A DNA stretch of 64,000 nt from Octopus bimaculoides (taxonomy: Eukaryota): NCBI RefSeq assembly GCF_001194135.2, contig NC_068987.1:96651082-96715081 (forward strand), read 5' to 3'. Shown here one piece after another: positions 1 to 12,062 of the stretch. Numbering within the stretch: position 1 is the first letter of the stretch; each line of letters opens with the position of its first letter. The notes beneath the pieces were generated by a model. It was not told the DNA's origin. It did no database searches and worked only from the letters and a program-made list of their open reading frames with translations. A program made the translations under genes and the position numbers.

Positions 1-225
1 TCGTAAACAGAATAGATTTTTTTCCAAACCAAAATAGTATGAATGGTTTAATGGTCTTGAAGAAAATCCAGCTAAATTCAAATTTTTTTTTTTCAATTTT
101 CATTATTATTTCATTACTCATGCTTTTTTTTTATTTATTTTTAATTTCTAACTTTGCACTTGAATAATCTAGTCAGCTAAAATTTAATGAAATGATAATT
201 CATAATGTCTAAGCAATTTTTTTAG

Positions 226-269
226 CCTGATATCTCTGTAGCCTTCCATGTTCACCATACAAACATCAG
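226..269 (+). other. Candidate 44-nt internal exon (PDISVAFHVHHTNI), parent gene unknown
   Basis: ttttttttag acceptor ending at 225 and CAG|gtaaac donor at 270; only one of three frames is open. No homology recognised. Confidence 0.15.
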
Positions 270-479
270 GTAAACAAAGTTTGTTTACTGTTGTTTTTAA
301 TTTGAATGTCAAAATTATTTATTTTGACAGAGACTGTCAAAGTGAAGAATATTCTTAACAATTCATATGCATAAATCAATCAACTCACTTTGATTACATT
401 TGGATAGCTATTATATCTTTGTGTGTATACCTGCATGTTTGTACATATAAATGATCCCAAACACTCATCTACCACTGGA

Positions 480-2870
480 ACCCTGTTTCAACCTGTTGGG
501 TATAAAACTTTAGGGTTGCCACTATGAAAGTTGATATGATGAAAGGTAGGTCTGGAAATATTGTAGAGATGCTGGACTGGAATTAAGTAGTACTGTGTAC
601 CTAAGGTGATATGGGAGAGCATCAGCCAAATGCCTCATAGGCGAGTAACAGCTCTGAGTAGTGAAAATGTATTGGTGGCAGAGAAATGGTCAGGTAAAGT
701 AATTGAGGTTAACATATATCTCACAAGATATATGCTACAAAAATTAAGCTTAGACAAGTCTTGGCCAACAGCAATAGCTATTTCTGAAAATGCACCACAA
801 TCAGGACTGAAAGACAAGGAAAAGGATAGTTTCTATGCGGCCCTCTTGCAGACCACTTTAATAATGAAAGGCAGTGACCATGTTATTATGGCTGGTAACA
901 AGTTGGACAACACCATGATCCCTAATGATCACTACTCTGGCATATGTAGAGGTTTTGAATATCGTACAAAGAATGAAAAAGGATTGAGTCTTGGAGACCT
1001 GTAACATAAATAACATAACCATATTTTATTGCTAACCTCTGGAAACTAATTGATAATCTGTTCACTTACTACTCAGGCAAACATGCAAGCCAGACTTCAA
1101 AATCGTCAGTACATAAGATATGCAGATGGTTCTAAATATCAAGTCCTTCCCATTGAAGAATGTGCTGCTCGACATAGTCTGCTAGTTAGAACTAGAACTA
1201 GCTTAAGAACTAGGACCTAGAGACACCAGATAATCTAGAGAAGGGGAAAAAATGGAAGTTGAAATATTCCTCTGCTTGGCCTAGGTTCAAAAAAGTTCTG
1301 GGATGCACATGTATCGAGCAGATAGAAACTGATAATGTCAAAGACAATTGAGAATTTTAGTGAGACAATCTGCTGTAAATCATGTACCAGTCAGACAGAA
1401 GGTAACAATGTTAATGAGTTGGTACTGTAGAATGAGCCATAAAAGTTTAGAGACAATCCTGAAAAGAGTAGAAGAAAGCAAAGAGTAGGAAACAATATCA
1501 GGTAGCTAGAAGAGACGTTAGACATCAAGTATGTGATAAGGCAAGAAGTAAAAGGTTTGTTAATGTTCTATGACGATAGGATCAGAGGCATAAGGTTTTC
1601 TGTAATACAAAACAATATGTCTATGTGAATTAGGACATCAGATGGAAAAAGTGTCTAAAAGGCATTAGTAGTGCATATATACAGACATGCTGTCAGCAGG
1701 GCGAGCGTTAGCAATAATGAGTTCAGCAAGGAATTTAGTGAGCAAATAAGTCAAAATCAAGGCCCTGTTTTCAACTTCATGCATATTATGGTTATCTAGG
1801 CCATAACAGAGGATTTTAAAGTTGGCTGACAATAGAAACTGCTAAATGTCAATGACCTGGTTTCCATAGCTGAATCTGTTAAGATTTTGAGTAGACATTC
1901 CAGATATGGAAGTAAAGCTTACCACCAACAGACCTCAAAGTAAATCCAACAAAGATAACTGTTTTAGTTATAAAGAAGGAAAATAAAAATCTACTGCCAT
2001 CAGGGAGGTGGCCATGCTTGACATGTAAAAAAAGAGTATGTAAGAATTCCATATGCAGTAGCCAGTGTAAACTATGAGTGCTCAAGGAATGTTGTGGGAT
2101 GACAGATAGGCTGATAGAGAAAACAGATTTCATATGCAGCAGATGCAGAAAAGTATTTAGCAGTTTAAATGCTTAGAAGACTCCATGATAGTTGATAACT
2201 TCTCATATTTGAGTGACCTAATAGCAGCAGTGGAGGTAGGTACTCCAAAAACATAGCATCCAGAGTCGAATAAACTTAAAGGAGTTATTATTTCAGCAGA
2301 TAACAAAGGGATTCTTTCTCCACCTTATCTCTTGTAAATCAATCAGAAACTTTCAAGCTAACTTTCCAGTGCTCTAAAAGTCCTCAAGATCTATTATTTA
2401 TAAAAATCTACCTTCCAACTGCTGATCACTATGATCAATCTGTAATCTTGACTTAAGCACATGGCTAGGATGAACATCTGTTGTAATCACATGCACAATG
2501 GAATCGGAAACTTTCAAGCTGACATTTCAATGCTCTAAAAGTCCTCAAGATCTATTATTTTAAAAAATCTACCTGCGCTGTGAAGTGAAAGGCAAATGAG
2601 CAGGGGAGGCAGAGGGGTAAGAAGTTTATTTAGTCTTGTCTTTCCAAGCAACATTTCTAGAACTGATGCCATGATGAAATGCACCCATTACACTCTGCAA
2701 AGTGGTTGGTGTTAAGAAAGGCATCCAGTTACAGGGGGAAAAAATCCAAAATGACGTGTATAAGTATTAGACTATGAGAGCAATAGTTCCCAATAAGGAC
2801 TGACTTTGATCATGATGACCAGTACAACCCATGCCAGAATGGAAAACAGATGTCAAGTGACGATGATGAA
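480..2870 (+). mobile_element. Decayed, internally deleted RTE-clade LINE (APE endonuclease, RT fragments, PHD-like finger, GAT-repeat 3' tail)
   Basis: ORF 606-1004 reads as an RTE APE domain (VLVAEKWSGKVIEVN, ENAPQSGLKDKEKDSFY, GFEYRTKNEKG). RT remnants lie at about 1500-1800. GRWPCLTC..CSSQCKL..C...FICSRC lies at about 2000-2150. The 3' tail ending gacgatgatga near 2870 matches the tail of the copy at 59090-60137. Confidence 0.85.
2341..2574. repeat. Diverged 73-bp direct repeat (2341-2413 and 2502-2574)
   Basis: Both copies contain gaaactttcaagct...gctctaaaagtcctcaagatctattattt...aaaaatctacct. Confidence 0.85.
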
Positions 2871-5647
2871 TGTACATAAAGTACCATTATATCTATTATG
2901 TATACGTGTGTGGGGAGGAGGCAATTTCCCCACGCTCGACTTCACTTTTCATCCATCTGTTCAGAGTTGATTTAAGTGAATATATTCCTCCCTCAAAATT
3001 AATAGTTTTGTAATGTCGCTTCATTTCTTTTAAGGTTAATGATTATTTAGTGATTTTTCTTTTTTTCCTTTGTATTTTATACAGTAATAGTAACGGACTC
3101 AAGCAACTAAAACTACATAACTTGTACATCAGCCAGCCTCTATCATTCTTACGAAAGGAACCATCAAAATCATTTCTCTCCCTCTATCTCTAACAATAAG
3201 AAAAAACTTTAAATTCAGCACTTTATATTGCTAACTTCATTATCAAAGACTATCGTACGTATTTAAAAAGAAGGAGGGAACCTATTAAGAGAGCTCTATG
3301 ATATATACTGTTGTGTCTGGGGAGAGTCATTTTTTTTATTGTGCCTTAAAATTTAACACATTCACCGGTAAAATTTCCACTTATTTTTATTTTTATTTTC
3401 CTAAAATTTTCGTTGCGTCTTGCAACTTTATCAATAGTCTTTATGATATATAATTTACAATCATTTGAGACATCAACGTGGATTCTTTTAGGGGGAGGGT
3501 GGATAGCAAGGTAAAGATATCTGAAACAATAAACAAGTCCCATGCTTATTACAGTCTAAAGCTTTGTTTCTCTATAACTTGACTAATATTTCGTTTAGCT
3601 ACCCTGAAAGAATGAAAAGCAAAGTTGACCCCAGCAAAATTTAAACTCAGAACGTTATATTATGATTATTATTGATAAGTGCTATCTTTCCTGGGGGAAC
3701 CAGAAGTATGCACATATATAAGAAGAGGGAGACTGCTAAATGGCAAAACAGAGGAAGAAGTGGTGAAAGCTGGGACGAAATGCTGAACCTCATGCAACAA
3801 ATGGCAAGACCATTCCAACCCATACAATCACGGAGAAACGAACATAAAATTAAGATGATTTGCATGGTGTTTGTTCAGAATTGCGTTATAATGTTGTCTC
3901 TTGCCTTTGTGATGAACAAAGAAATTGCTATGAAACAGAGTAGCATGCTGATTAAATGAAATGCAGTATTTAGTTTCGAGTTTTTGTTGTTTTTTAATGC
4001 TGTGATTCTAATTCTAACGGAGTCAACATAGCTTTGACATCGTTAAATAGTCGATAGAATTACCAAATAAAAGGTATTCATTTGTTATGTTCAGAAACTG
4101 AAAAATTTTAAAACATTTTTTTTTTTTTTTCAGAATCGTAATTTTTGTATTTTTAAACCTGAAATCACCCCACCAGAAACAAAAAAAAAAAAAAAAAAAA
4201 GGTTAAAAACAAAATTGTAGAAATGGGAGATCTCTGTCGTTGAAAACATAGAAACCCGAAGAAATTTTTCTTAAATATAAAAGAGTAGTTGAACATTTCG
4301 GAATAATATCAATACTTTTGTTTTCGATATGTGATCACGAACCGAAAGAATGCAGAGTCACATTCGATAGATTACGTACATTGCACTTGGCGTCGTTACA
4401 ATGTAAGAAATCCTAATTAGGGGCGGACATAGGTAGAATTAGCAGAGTACCAAAAATGCGTTGCCTTGTTTAGTTGTTCCCCTTTAAGTTCTGAGTTCAA
4501 ATGTCACATAGATCGTATTTTCTTTTCCTCTTGGTGTCGACAAAATAAGTGCTAGTATTACAACTATTAAATAATTAGCAACATGTTATATTACATTTCT
4601 GAATTGAGTACCAATGCAAACAATAATTACAGATCCGGTGTCATTTGTGCATTTTGCCTTGCAAAAATAAACATACGGTATAGATACATAACAGCGTCGA
4701 CGACAATAAAAGCTTTTGCAAAATTGAAAACCTCTACGTAACAGAAAATGTCGCATTATCGCTGTTAAATTAATGTTTATAAAAATGGATAAAATGATTA
4801 TTTCATCTAATCATATATCATAATGGGCCACACACACACACACACGAATACTGATTTATTGTTTCACCAAATATAAGCATAATTTAACAAGGGTTATACG
4901 ACAACTTCACCCAAAAGCTCTCATGTTCGCCGATGCTGTTCTCTGTATATACCCATATCATTACCTTCGATTTTTATTCAGAATAGAGGACCGGCATATC
5001 AGTAGGGCACCGGACAAAATATCCTGTGCTATTTATTACAGCACTCTACATTCTAAGTTCAAATCTCACTGCAATCGAATGGGTATTTCATCTTCTAGAG
5101 TCGATAAAATTAAGTACCAGTTCAGGTTTTGTAACAATGTAAGAAAAAATTGTCGTTATTTGTTTAAACCTGATAAAGGAAACCCAAGTTCGTCTGTAAG
5201 TTTCCTGAAACGCTAAACCTTCATTTACCCATCACATCTAGAGTTTGACATGTGTTTACTCCAAAGAACGGTGGACTGCATTCACTGCAACTCAGTACAG
5301 ATTGGGCGGGCCGATGATCAAAAGTATTCCAGCCTTAAAGTATCTAGGACAACATTATCTTTCTATTTTTAAAAGTGATTCGAGATAATTTAGTTGCTTA
5401 CTTTGGCAAATTAGTTTCCTAATATGTTACTTCTTTATCTCATTATCAGTGCAAGAACTTCGGTCACAGCCTGATTTTGACGAAGCATGTTATATGACAG
5501 GTGTGATTTCTCCTCCCACTTTCTTCCTTTTGCTGATTTCAAAACATCCTGGTCAATAGCATGCGCTGACCTCAACCACATATACAACTAATGTTTATCG
5601 TATATACATAACAATTACATCATGAAAGAGTAACAGTAGCTATATAA

Positions 5648-5741
5648 CTCGTTACATTCGCTTTTTAGGGTGAAAAAGCTTCCTCAGAGGAAATTGTGTC
5701 AATGATCAGGTTGCATATACGTCGAAACGTGTACCAGCTTT
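5648..5741 (-). ncRNA. Degenerate minimal hammerhead-like motif(s), Penelope-like terminal repeat remnant
   Basis: Minus strand: CUGAGGA (5687-5681), extra A, 7-bp stem GCUUUUU/AAAAAGC, then GAAU instead of GAAA. The plus strand carries CGAAACGTGTA at 5723-5733. Stems I and III are not intact. Confidence 0.35.
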
Positions 5742-6260
5742 ATAGTATAATATTAAGAAATAAAACGAAGTAAACATATTGGTATGTGTGTGATTTAAAC
5801 GGCTAACAAGAGTTTTCCACGATGTAATTTCAGATGATTTCAGATGAAGTCACTTGCCAAGTATAAACAGCTTTAAAATACTCCTACAACCATTATAATA
5901 CATGCATACATATATGACATAGATGTATGCATATTTATATGTTTGTGTTTGCATATTTATTTATATAGGTATGCATATGCATGATGTATGTATACGCATG
6001 TATATACACAACAAAACTAACATATGTAAACAAAAAAAAACATCTTCGAAAAAGAAATAACAAAGATAAGTTGCACGTTATAGTGTGAAAAGAAAAACAG
6101 CACACACACACATATAATTTTTCTTCTTATATATATACACACACATTGAAACACGCAACGGCGTGAACACACCCACCAACAGCATGGAGGAAAAAGGAGA
6201 AAAAAAGTTTTAGTGAATTGAAATAACAATAAACATGTTTAGATAAACAATTGAACTTAC

Positions 6261-6429
6261 TTTCATATCGAGCCCTCCTCCACGCTGGCATGTAAGGCGG
6301 TGGGGCGGGTTGAACTTTGGAAGTCGTTTCACCAGCTGATTGAGACATTGGCGGCGGTCGTTCAACGGCCGGACTGATTGATTTCAGAACATCCGTGCTA
6401 TCAGACGGAACCTCCATGGACGCCGCCAT
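6261..6429 (-). CDS. First coding exon of an unidentified protein-coding gene (MAASMEVPSDST...PPPYMPAWRRARYE, phase-1 donor)
   Basis: ATG in caagATGGCGGCG context, GC/CpG-rich sequence, 56 open codons plus 1 nt, then GAAA|gtaagt donor. Downstream exons were not identified in the window. Confidence 0.7.
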
Positions 6430-6522
6430 CTTGGAGACATTTAACCTCATCCGAGACAGCAGCCCCGCACAAACTGAAGCAAATTGTGCGCTCAGTGCTC
6501 GCCTGTGACGTCATTTGGCGCG
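6422..6522. promoter_or_regulatory. CpG-rich promoter with YY1-type motif, CRE and E2F-type site
   Basis: GCCGCCATCTTG at 6422-6433 overlaps the ATG. TGACGTCA at 6506-6513 abuts TTTGGCGCG at 6514-6522. Confidence 0.7.
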
Positions 6523-6754
6523 AGCTACAAATTGTATTTAACTTGATTATTGTTACTTATTGATGGTCTTCTTACGTTTTCTTTCCATTCGTTTAATTTC
6601 TGCTTTACAATGGACACAAGGAAAAGTTGACAGATTTCTGTCAACCTTATAAGAGTTAATGAATACGAAAAAGTTTTGAGTAATCTTTCAGTTTAATGGT
6701 AAACTGTTTTTAAATAACTTGACATACAAACACTATACATACACATATATATAC

Positions 6755-6790
<36 letters not shown>

Positions 6791-6792
<2 letters not shown>

Positions 6793-7007
6793 GGGGTTGC
6801 TGAAAAGTTCCTGGCTTTGGGTGAAAGAAAATACAGGAGGATCAGTTAATTATGATCTTATTCAACATATTCCCCTCTCAGATTTGCAGGCTTGTTGCAG
6901 CATTCCTTCAGTTTTTCTAAGCCCCGTAAAAGAGCTTGGAAAGTTGTGCCTCCAACCAAGCCTTTCACGACACCCTTAAAGCCAGGAACTTTTCAATCAC
7001 CCCTCGT
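6791..7007. mobile_element. Mariner-type MITE, about 217 bp
   Basis: Terminal inverted repeats acggggttgctgaaaagttcctggcttt / aaagccaggaacttttcaatcacccctcgt; a second copy lies at 14236-14455. Confidence 0.85.
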
Positions 7008-7083
7008 GTGTGTATATATATAGGATGTAATATGAATTATGNNNNNNNNNNNNNNNNNNNNNNNNNNNNNNNNNNNNNNNNNN

Positions 7084-7450
7084 ATATATAAGTATAGGAC
7101 GTCACCAACAGTAAACAACATGAAATACGAAAACAACAAGAGAAACGAATGGAAAACAGGACTAGTAACATAAAGAACGGCCCTTCATCAGTTGTCGGCT
7201 GTCTATCTACTCCTCATTTCGAGCACTGAACGACAATATGAGCCTTCGAAGACAGTTGCTCCCATACGTACCAAAATAAAATTTAGGATTTATGGAGGGT
7301 CAAAGTTGAGAGCAAAAACAGTACAGTGGAGACATACAAGGAAATCGAACAAAAATATATCCAGCATTTCTGCAGTTTTAATGGCAATTCTGCGTTCGAA
7401 AAAGTATCACCTTATTTGTATCGTACAATGCCTGTTTCGACACATAAAAA
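7084..7450 (-). mobile_element. Penelope-like terminal-repeat remnant with broken hammerhead motifs
   Basis: The minus strand has gctCGAAA and CTGATGAagg motifs plus a ctgtc/gacag arm pair, but no complete core. Same layout as 48240-48400. Confidence 0.35.
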
Positions 7451-7885
7451 AACAAATATTAGTTTGTTTACATTTATATACACAACAAATCAAATATTTG
7501 TTGTTGTTTTTTTGTATTAGAAGCATCGAAATGTATACCATCTTATACACACACATATACATTATCATTGTCATCACTTAATTTCTAGCTTCCATGCTGG
7601 CATAGTTTGGATAGCTTGACATGATCTGAGTCAGAGGACTGCAATGTGTTCCAATGTTCTGCTTTGACATGGTTTTTAGGAATCGATGTCCTTCCTAATG
7701 CCAACTACTTAACAGTGTACTGTGTACTTTTTTTTATGCACCACCATTTGTGAGGATTACAGAACTCCTTGACTGATGGATATATAGTAGAGAAGAAGGT
7801 GGCTTTATACTAGGTGTTGAAAGGTTGAAGTATGATAGAAGAGATATCCCTTCTTAACTTTCACGAGTGAGCCCAAGCTCACAAA

Positions 7886-8046
7886 ATGTGACCCATCTCA
7901 TTACAAGTTCACATTTGAAGTGTCATGTATCTAAGGAGTGGGCATGCACAAAAGACAGACTGAAGTTAGCTACTTATTAGAGTGCTTTAAATTTAGTGTC
8001 AACAAAAGCTAAATGGACTTTCTGGCCAACCCAATGTATCCCTGTA
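7886..8046 (-). repeat. Arm 1 of a 161-bp inverted duplication (mariner-like end)
   Basis: Reverse complement of 9558-9718 with 2 substitutions and 2 single-base indels. Carries a TACATTGGGTTGGCCAGAAAGT mariner-like terminus. Confidence 0.95.
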
Positions 8047-8062
8047 TTGACAAGACTATCAG

Positions 8063-8213
8063 CAGGGCCGGCTCCAAGTACCGCCAACTCTGGCAGTCAC
8101 CCAGGTTGCCATCTGTTTAAGGGCACCAAGGAGGTTGGGACAAAGACAAGGAAATTTTCTCAGCCAGCAGCTTGTATACACTGGAGTTCAGCTTGCCTAG
8201 GGCGCCAGCCCTG
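8063..8213. mobile_element. hAT-type MITE, 151 bp, with 8-bp target-site duplication
   Basis: TIRs CAGGGCCGGC / GCCAGCCCTG; TSD actatcag at 8055-8062 and 8214-8221. Confidence 0.85.
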
Positions 8214-8715
8214 ACTATCAGTTGTTGTTTTACACTGCTGGTCACATTGCACTTCCTTGATTTTTTGTAGCTTTTGAATGACGGTACCCTGCTGACTGGC
8301 TGGACAGGCCAACATTCTCTCTGAATAGAATGCATGGTTACCCATTTATATCTGAATAGATTGGAGCAACTTCAAATGAAGTGCCTTGGTTGAGAACAAA
8401 ATGCACCATTGGTTTGGGAATTGAAACCACAATCTTGTGATCATGAGTGAAACATCCTAACCACTACGCTACATACCTTTTCAAACATACACACACACAC
8501 ATATTACACAATCTAGTTTCTGAGGAAATTGTTGATGCATGTTCACAACACTTAATCCAATGGTTTCTTTCAGTTTCTATCTACAAAACCACCTCAAGGC
8601 TTTGGTTTGCCCAAAACCATAGTTGAAAACATTAGCCCAAAGTACCATGCTGTGAGACTGAAACCAGACCATATAGTTGAGAAGTAAATCTGTCAACCAT
8701 ACTGCCATGCCTTTG

Positions 8716-8747
<32 letters not shown>

Positions 8748-9557
8748 GTATGTATCAAGGGATATATTCTCTTACTGATTCTGATCTAAACGCTCCAACT
8801 ATACAAGGTTCAGGGTGGTTATCTCTCACCAGCTTCTGTCTAAACCCACAACTTCAAAAGAGAAAAAAACTGTCCGTAGTTATATAGTAATGTGGTATTT
8901 AGCTTACACATGTAAGCCAACATGCCTATTCGTGCTAGTTAGACTCCTGTTTTGATATTTTCAGTTAAGTCAACTAAATTCTATGACATTTAACACCATA
9001 CTAACTGTATCAGTAGGCAGAAAATGAATGTAAACCAATACGACAGTCATGTCACAGTAAGAACAAGGGAGATAAGCTATGGCTAGTTGTCAGCCCTTAG
9101 ACTCTAAGGTTTTCTTAACCATTATTTTTTTTTTTTTTGTTATCTATAGATCCTTTTGATTACTATTCTATTTTGGTTGGCACCCATAGCCATTCGAAGT
9201 TTAAAAATAAGTTTTATAGGTTCTTATTTCAAAATTCCCCCTTTTCCTTTTCTTTTTTTTTTTACACATTAACTTGTGTAGGCTGGACTATGTAAAATGT
9301 TCAAGAAAGAAATCTAGCTGTTTCTCGCAATAAATACACCTAAAGCAAAAATTTTTCATGGACCCTAGATATATTACAGGTAGTCCCCAATTTACTGTTT
9401 TGCTTGCATGGCCTTCTGTCGAGAACCACTGCTTTAGATGAGAATCTGAAAATAAAAACTGCTTATCAGTCTCAAAGTGACCATTGTTTTTTCAGTCTGT
9501 AGTTCATACCATTAGTGTTCATTTCTGGTTTCTATGATATTAAGTGAATGAAAAATA

Positions 9558-9718
9558 TACAGGGATACATTGGGTTGGCCAGAAAGTCCATTTTAGCTTT
9601 TGTTGACACTAAATTTGAAGCACTCTAATAAGTAGCTAACTTCAGTCTGTCTTTTGTGCATGCCCACTCCTTAGATGCATGACACTTCAATGTGAACTTG
9701 TAATGAGATGGGTCACAT
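9558..9718 (+). repeat. Arm 2 of the 161-bp inverted duplication
   Basis: See 7886-8046. Confidence 0.95.
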
Positions 9719-10935
9719 AATTAGGTTAACTCTCTGCCAAAGGTAATTTTTGTTTCAGAAGAAAGTGCACTCAACATTACAAGCCATCACTCATTACCTT
9801 TTTGCAGCTAAACAAGTTAAAGGAATCTCAAGCATTCATTCTAATATGAGTAGCAACCAACTATCCTACAAATTCCACCTGATCATCTTAGAAAAATGGA
9901 AGGCCTCGTTGGATAATGTAGTTTTAAATGCAGCATCCTTATATGTTTGAAAAGGATTTGGAATGGTTACAACTGAATGTGTTTGATAATAGTCCTGTTC
10001 TATCAGAACTGACCTGAGACAAAACAACTTGCAGCTAGATTTTAATTGTTTTCATTTTACATCCATTTTTGTCCAACACATACCAGCATTTTTTCATGCT
10101 GTTACAAATTGGACAAAGACTTGATTGAGGCAGTATTTTATGATTGGATGCCCTTCATGTTGCCAACCCTTAGCTCTATAACAGTTGAATTTGACCCCAC
10201 ATGGAAATCACGAGTTGATCATATGTGCAGACCCCATTTTAGTTCAATCAGCATTTTATGCTCACATGATAGTCTAGTAGCACGACTAGAGCTGTCTATG
10301 AACAGAGCCTACAAATATAGCTGGCTTTAGTGTGAAAAAGCAGAGTGAATTTGGTCCTTGGTGGAGTTTGCTCTAATAGTTGTTCTGACAGCTACATACT
10401 AACACAGAGCAAAAGATGAAGAAACATACCACAGAAACAAGAATATGCATTGATGTGTAGAATCAGCCTAAATGTGAACTTCTGATGAAGATCTCCTGCT
10501 CTTGTAATATACATTATTTCATATCAAATTTATTCTTGTATTGCATGAGCACCTTCTGCATTGATGTAGCAATAAATGATGCACATATATATATTCTGAC
10601 TAGTCTTTCTTCATGACTATGCCACACCTCTTTTCAACTAAGAGATGTTTTATTGCACTGGACTTTAGAATTATCAAGCCATAGAACATATTCTTTATGG
10701 GCAATGTAAAAATAGTATTCCCTTTTGCTCAAATAGTGTCTTGTAGCACATATATATTTGTGTATATAATCCATGTCATTACCTGTAGTACTAGTGTTGT
10801 ATATCTATGTCACATTAAACTCCTATACTCCAAGATTGCACACTTTACCAATTATAATGTTGCATATATTTGGGCTTAGAATAGCACCAAATAAAACTGA
10901 ATAATAGCAAACAAATTATTGATATTTTGAATCCT

Positions 10936-11012
10936 TCATTTGTACACTTGTTTCAATAATTTCATAAAAGCCATCTCATGAGCAAAATTTAAACTGCCTG
11001 AATCAGCATAAT
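10936..11012 (-). other. Candidate terminal coding exon (xYADSGSLNFAHEMAFMKLLKQVYK*)
   Basis: tatttttgtatag acceptor; one open frame with protein-like composition ending in TGA. No homology recognised. Confidence 0.2.
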
Positions 11013-11212
11013 CTATACAAAAATACGTTACAACATTTTCCCTGTCTTTTACTCATTTTAATTAACGAGAACCATGAAAAAATGGACTTGAACTGAATCA
11101 TGTATGTAAAGGATGGAATGTCATGAACGGATCAATAAACAATATATCTTTTCATCACACCTAGGCTAAGTACCTACATATGTATTTTTTATGATGATGA
11201 CAATACTCTAAT

Positions 11213-11566
11213 CTTTTAACTTTTACTAATTTCAGTCATTAGACTGAGTCCATGCTGGGGCACTGCTTTGAAGAATTTTAGACAAACAAATCGAGCCCAG
11301 CACTTATTCTATCAGTCTCTTTTGTCAAACTACTAAGCTACAGGGACATAAACACACCAACACCAATTAAGGTATAAACACCTACACAAAGACATACACA
11401 TATGCATGACAGGCTTCTTTCAGTTTCCATCTACCAAACCCACTCACAAGACTTTGGTTGGCCTGAGGCTATAGTTGAGGACACTTGCCCAAGGTGCCAT
11501 GCAATGGGACTGAACTCAGAACCATGTAGTTGGGAAGCAAATGTATCACACAACCACGTTTGCACC
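11213..11566 (-). mobile_element. tRNA-head SINE family A
   Basis: Reverse complement of the family consensus seen at 40771-41192. Confidence 0.85.
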
Positions 11567-11969
11567 TACATATAATTTATATACTATTGATAAATTATTG
11601 TCTAAGACGAATCATAAAGGGAAAGAAAAAATTAGAATGAGACAGCAGGAGAAATTAAAAAGTAACTGAAGGCAAAAGGAAACGTTTCTGTACCTCATAC
11701 TAATACTCCTACTCTATGACAACTAGCAGTTTCAACTCATTTCTTGAACTCCTTGTTTTATTTCAAGTGAACCTCATTTCTTGGCTTTTTCTTTCATGCA
11801 TTATTGTGAGATGACTTTGGATTTGTACAAATTTTGGAAATGATTACTTGAGAAAAGGCAGCATTGTTTCAAGACAAACATTGGTGCTTGTAGATACATT
11901 TTGACGAAGCAGCATTTGGTGATACTGTTGTTAGACGGTTTTCAGCACTGATTCTTGTGAAACAAATTG

Positions 11970-12062
11970 TACTGTAGGTGAGAAACATAAAGCTTATAAA
12001 CAATTACAATTTATGGATCAGGTGATGAAGGTCACAGAGAGGGTCATAGCTCAGCAAATATA
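11970..12062 (+). mobile_element. RTE reverse-transcriptase fragment
   Basis: Translates ..QFMDQVMKVTERVIAQ, the RTE RT motif that follows NYRGxKL. Confidence 0.6.

Noticed and set aside
3140-3200. Strong minus-strand acceptor as possible exon 2 of the 6429 gene
   Set aside because: Joined in phase 1 it gives KIEGEK* and stops immediately.
3346-3543. 65-aa minus ORF with a good acceptor
   Set aside because: It overlaps a repeat-like end sequence (aaaattttcgttgcgtcttgcaac) and has no recognisable protein signal.
5430-5600. Open minus-strand frame LYMWLRSAHAIDQDVLKSAK...
   Set aside because: Weak acceptor in the wrong phase for the upstream exon, and adjacent to a Penelope-like remnant; no basis to call it.
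10485-10560. CTGATGA motif as a hammerhead
   Set aside because: No downstream GAAA and no stem I partner.
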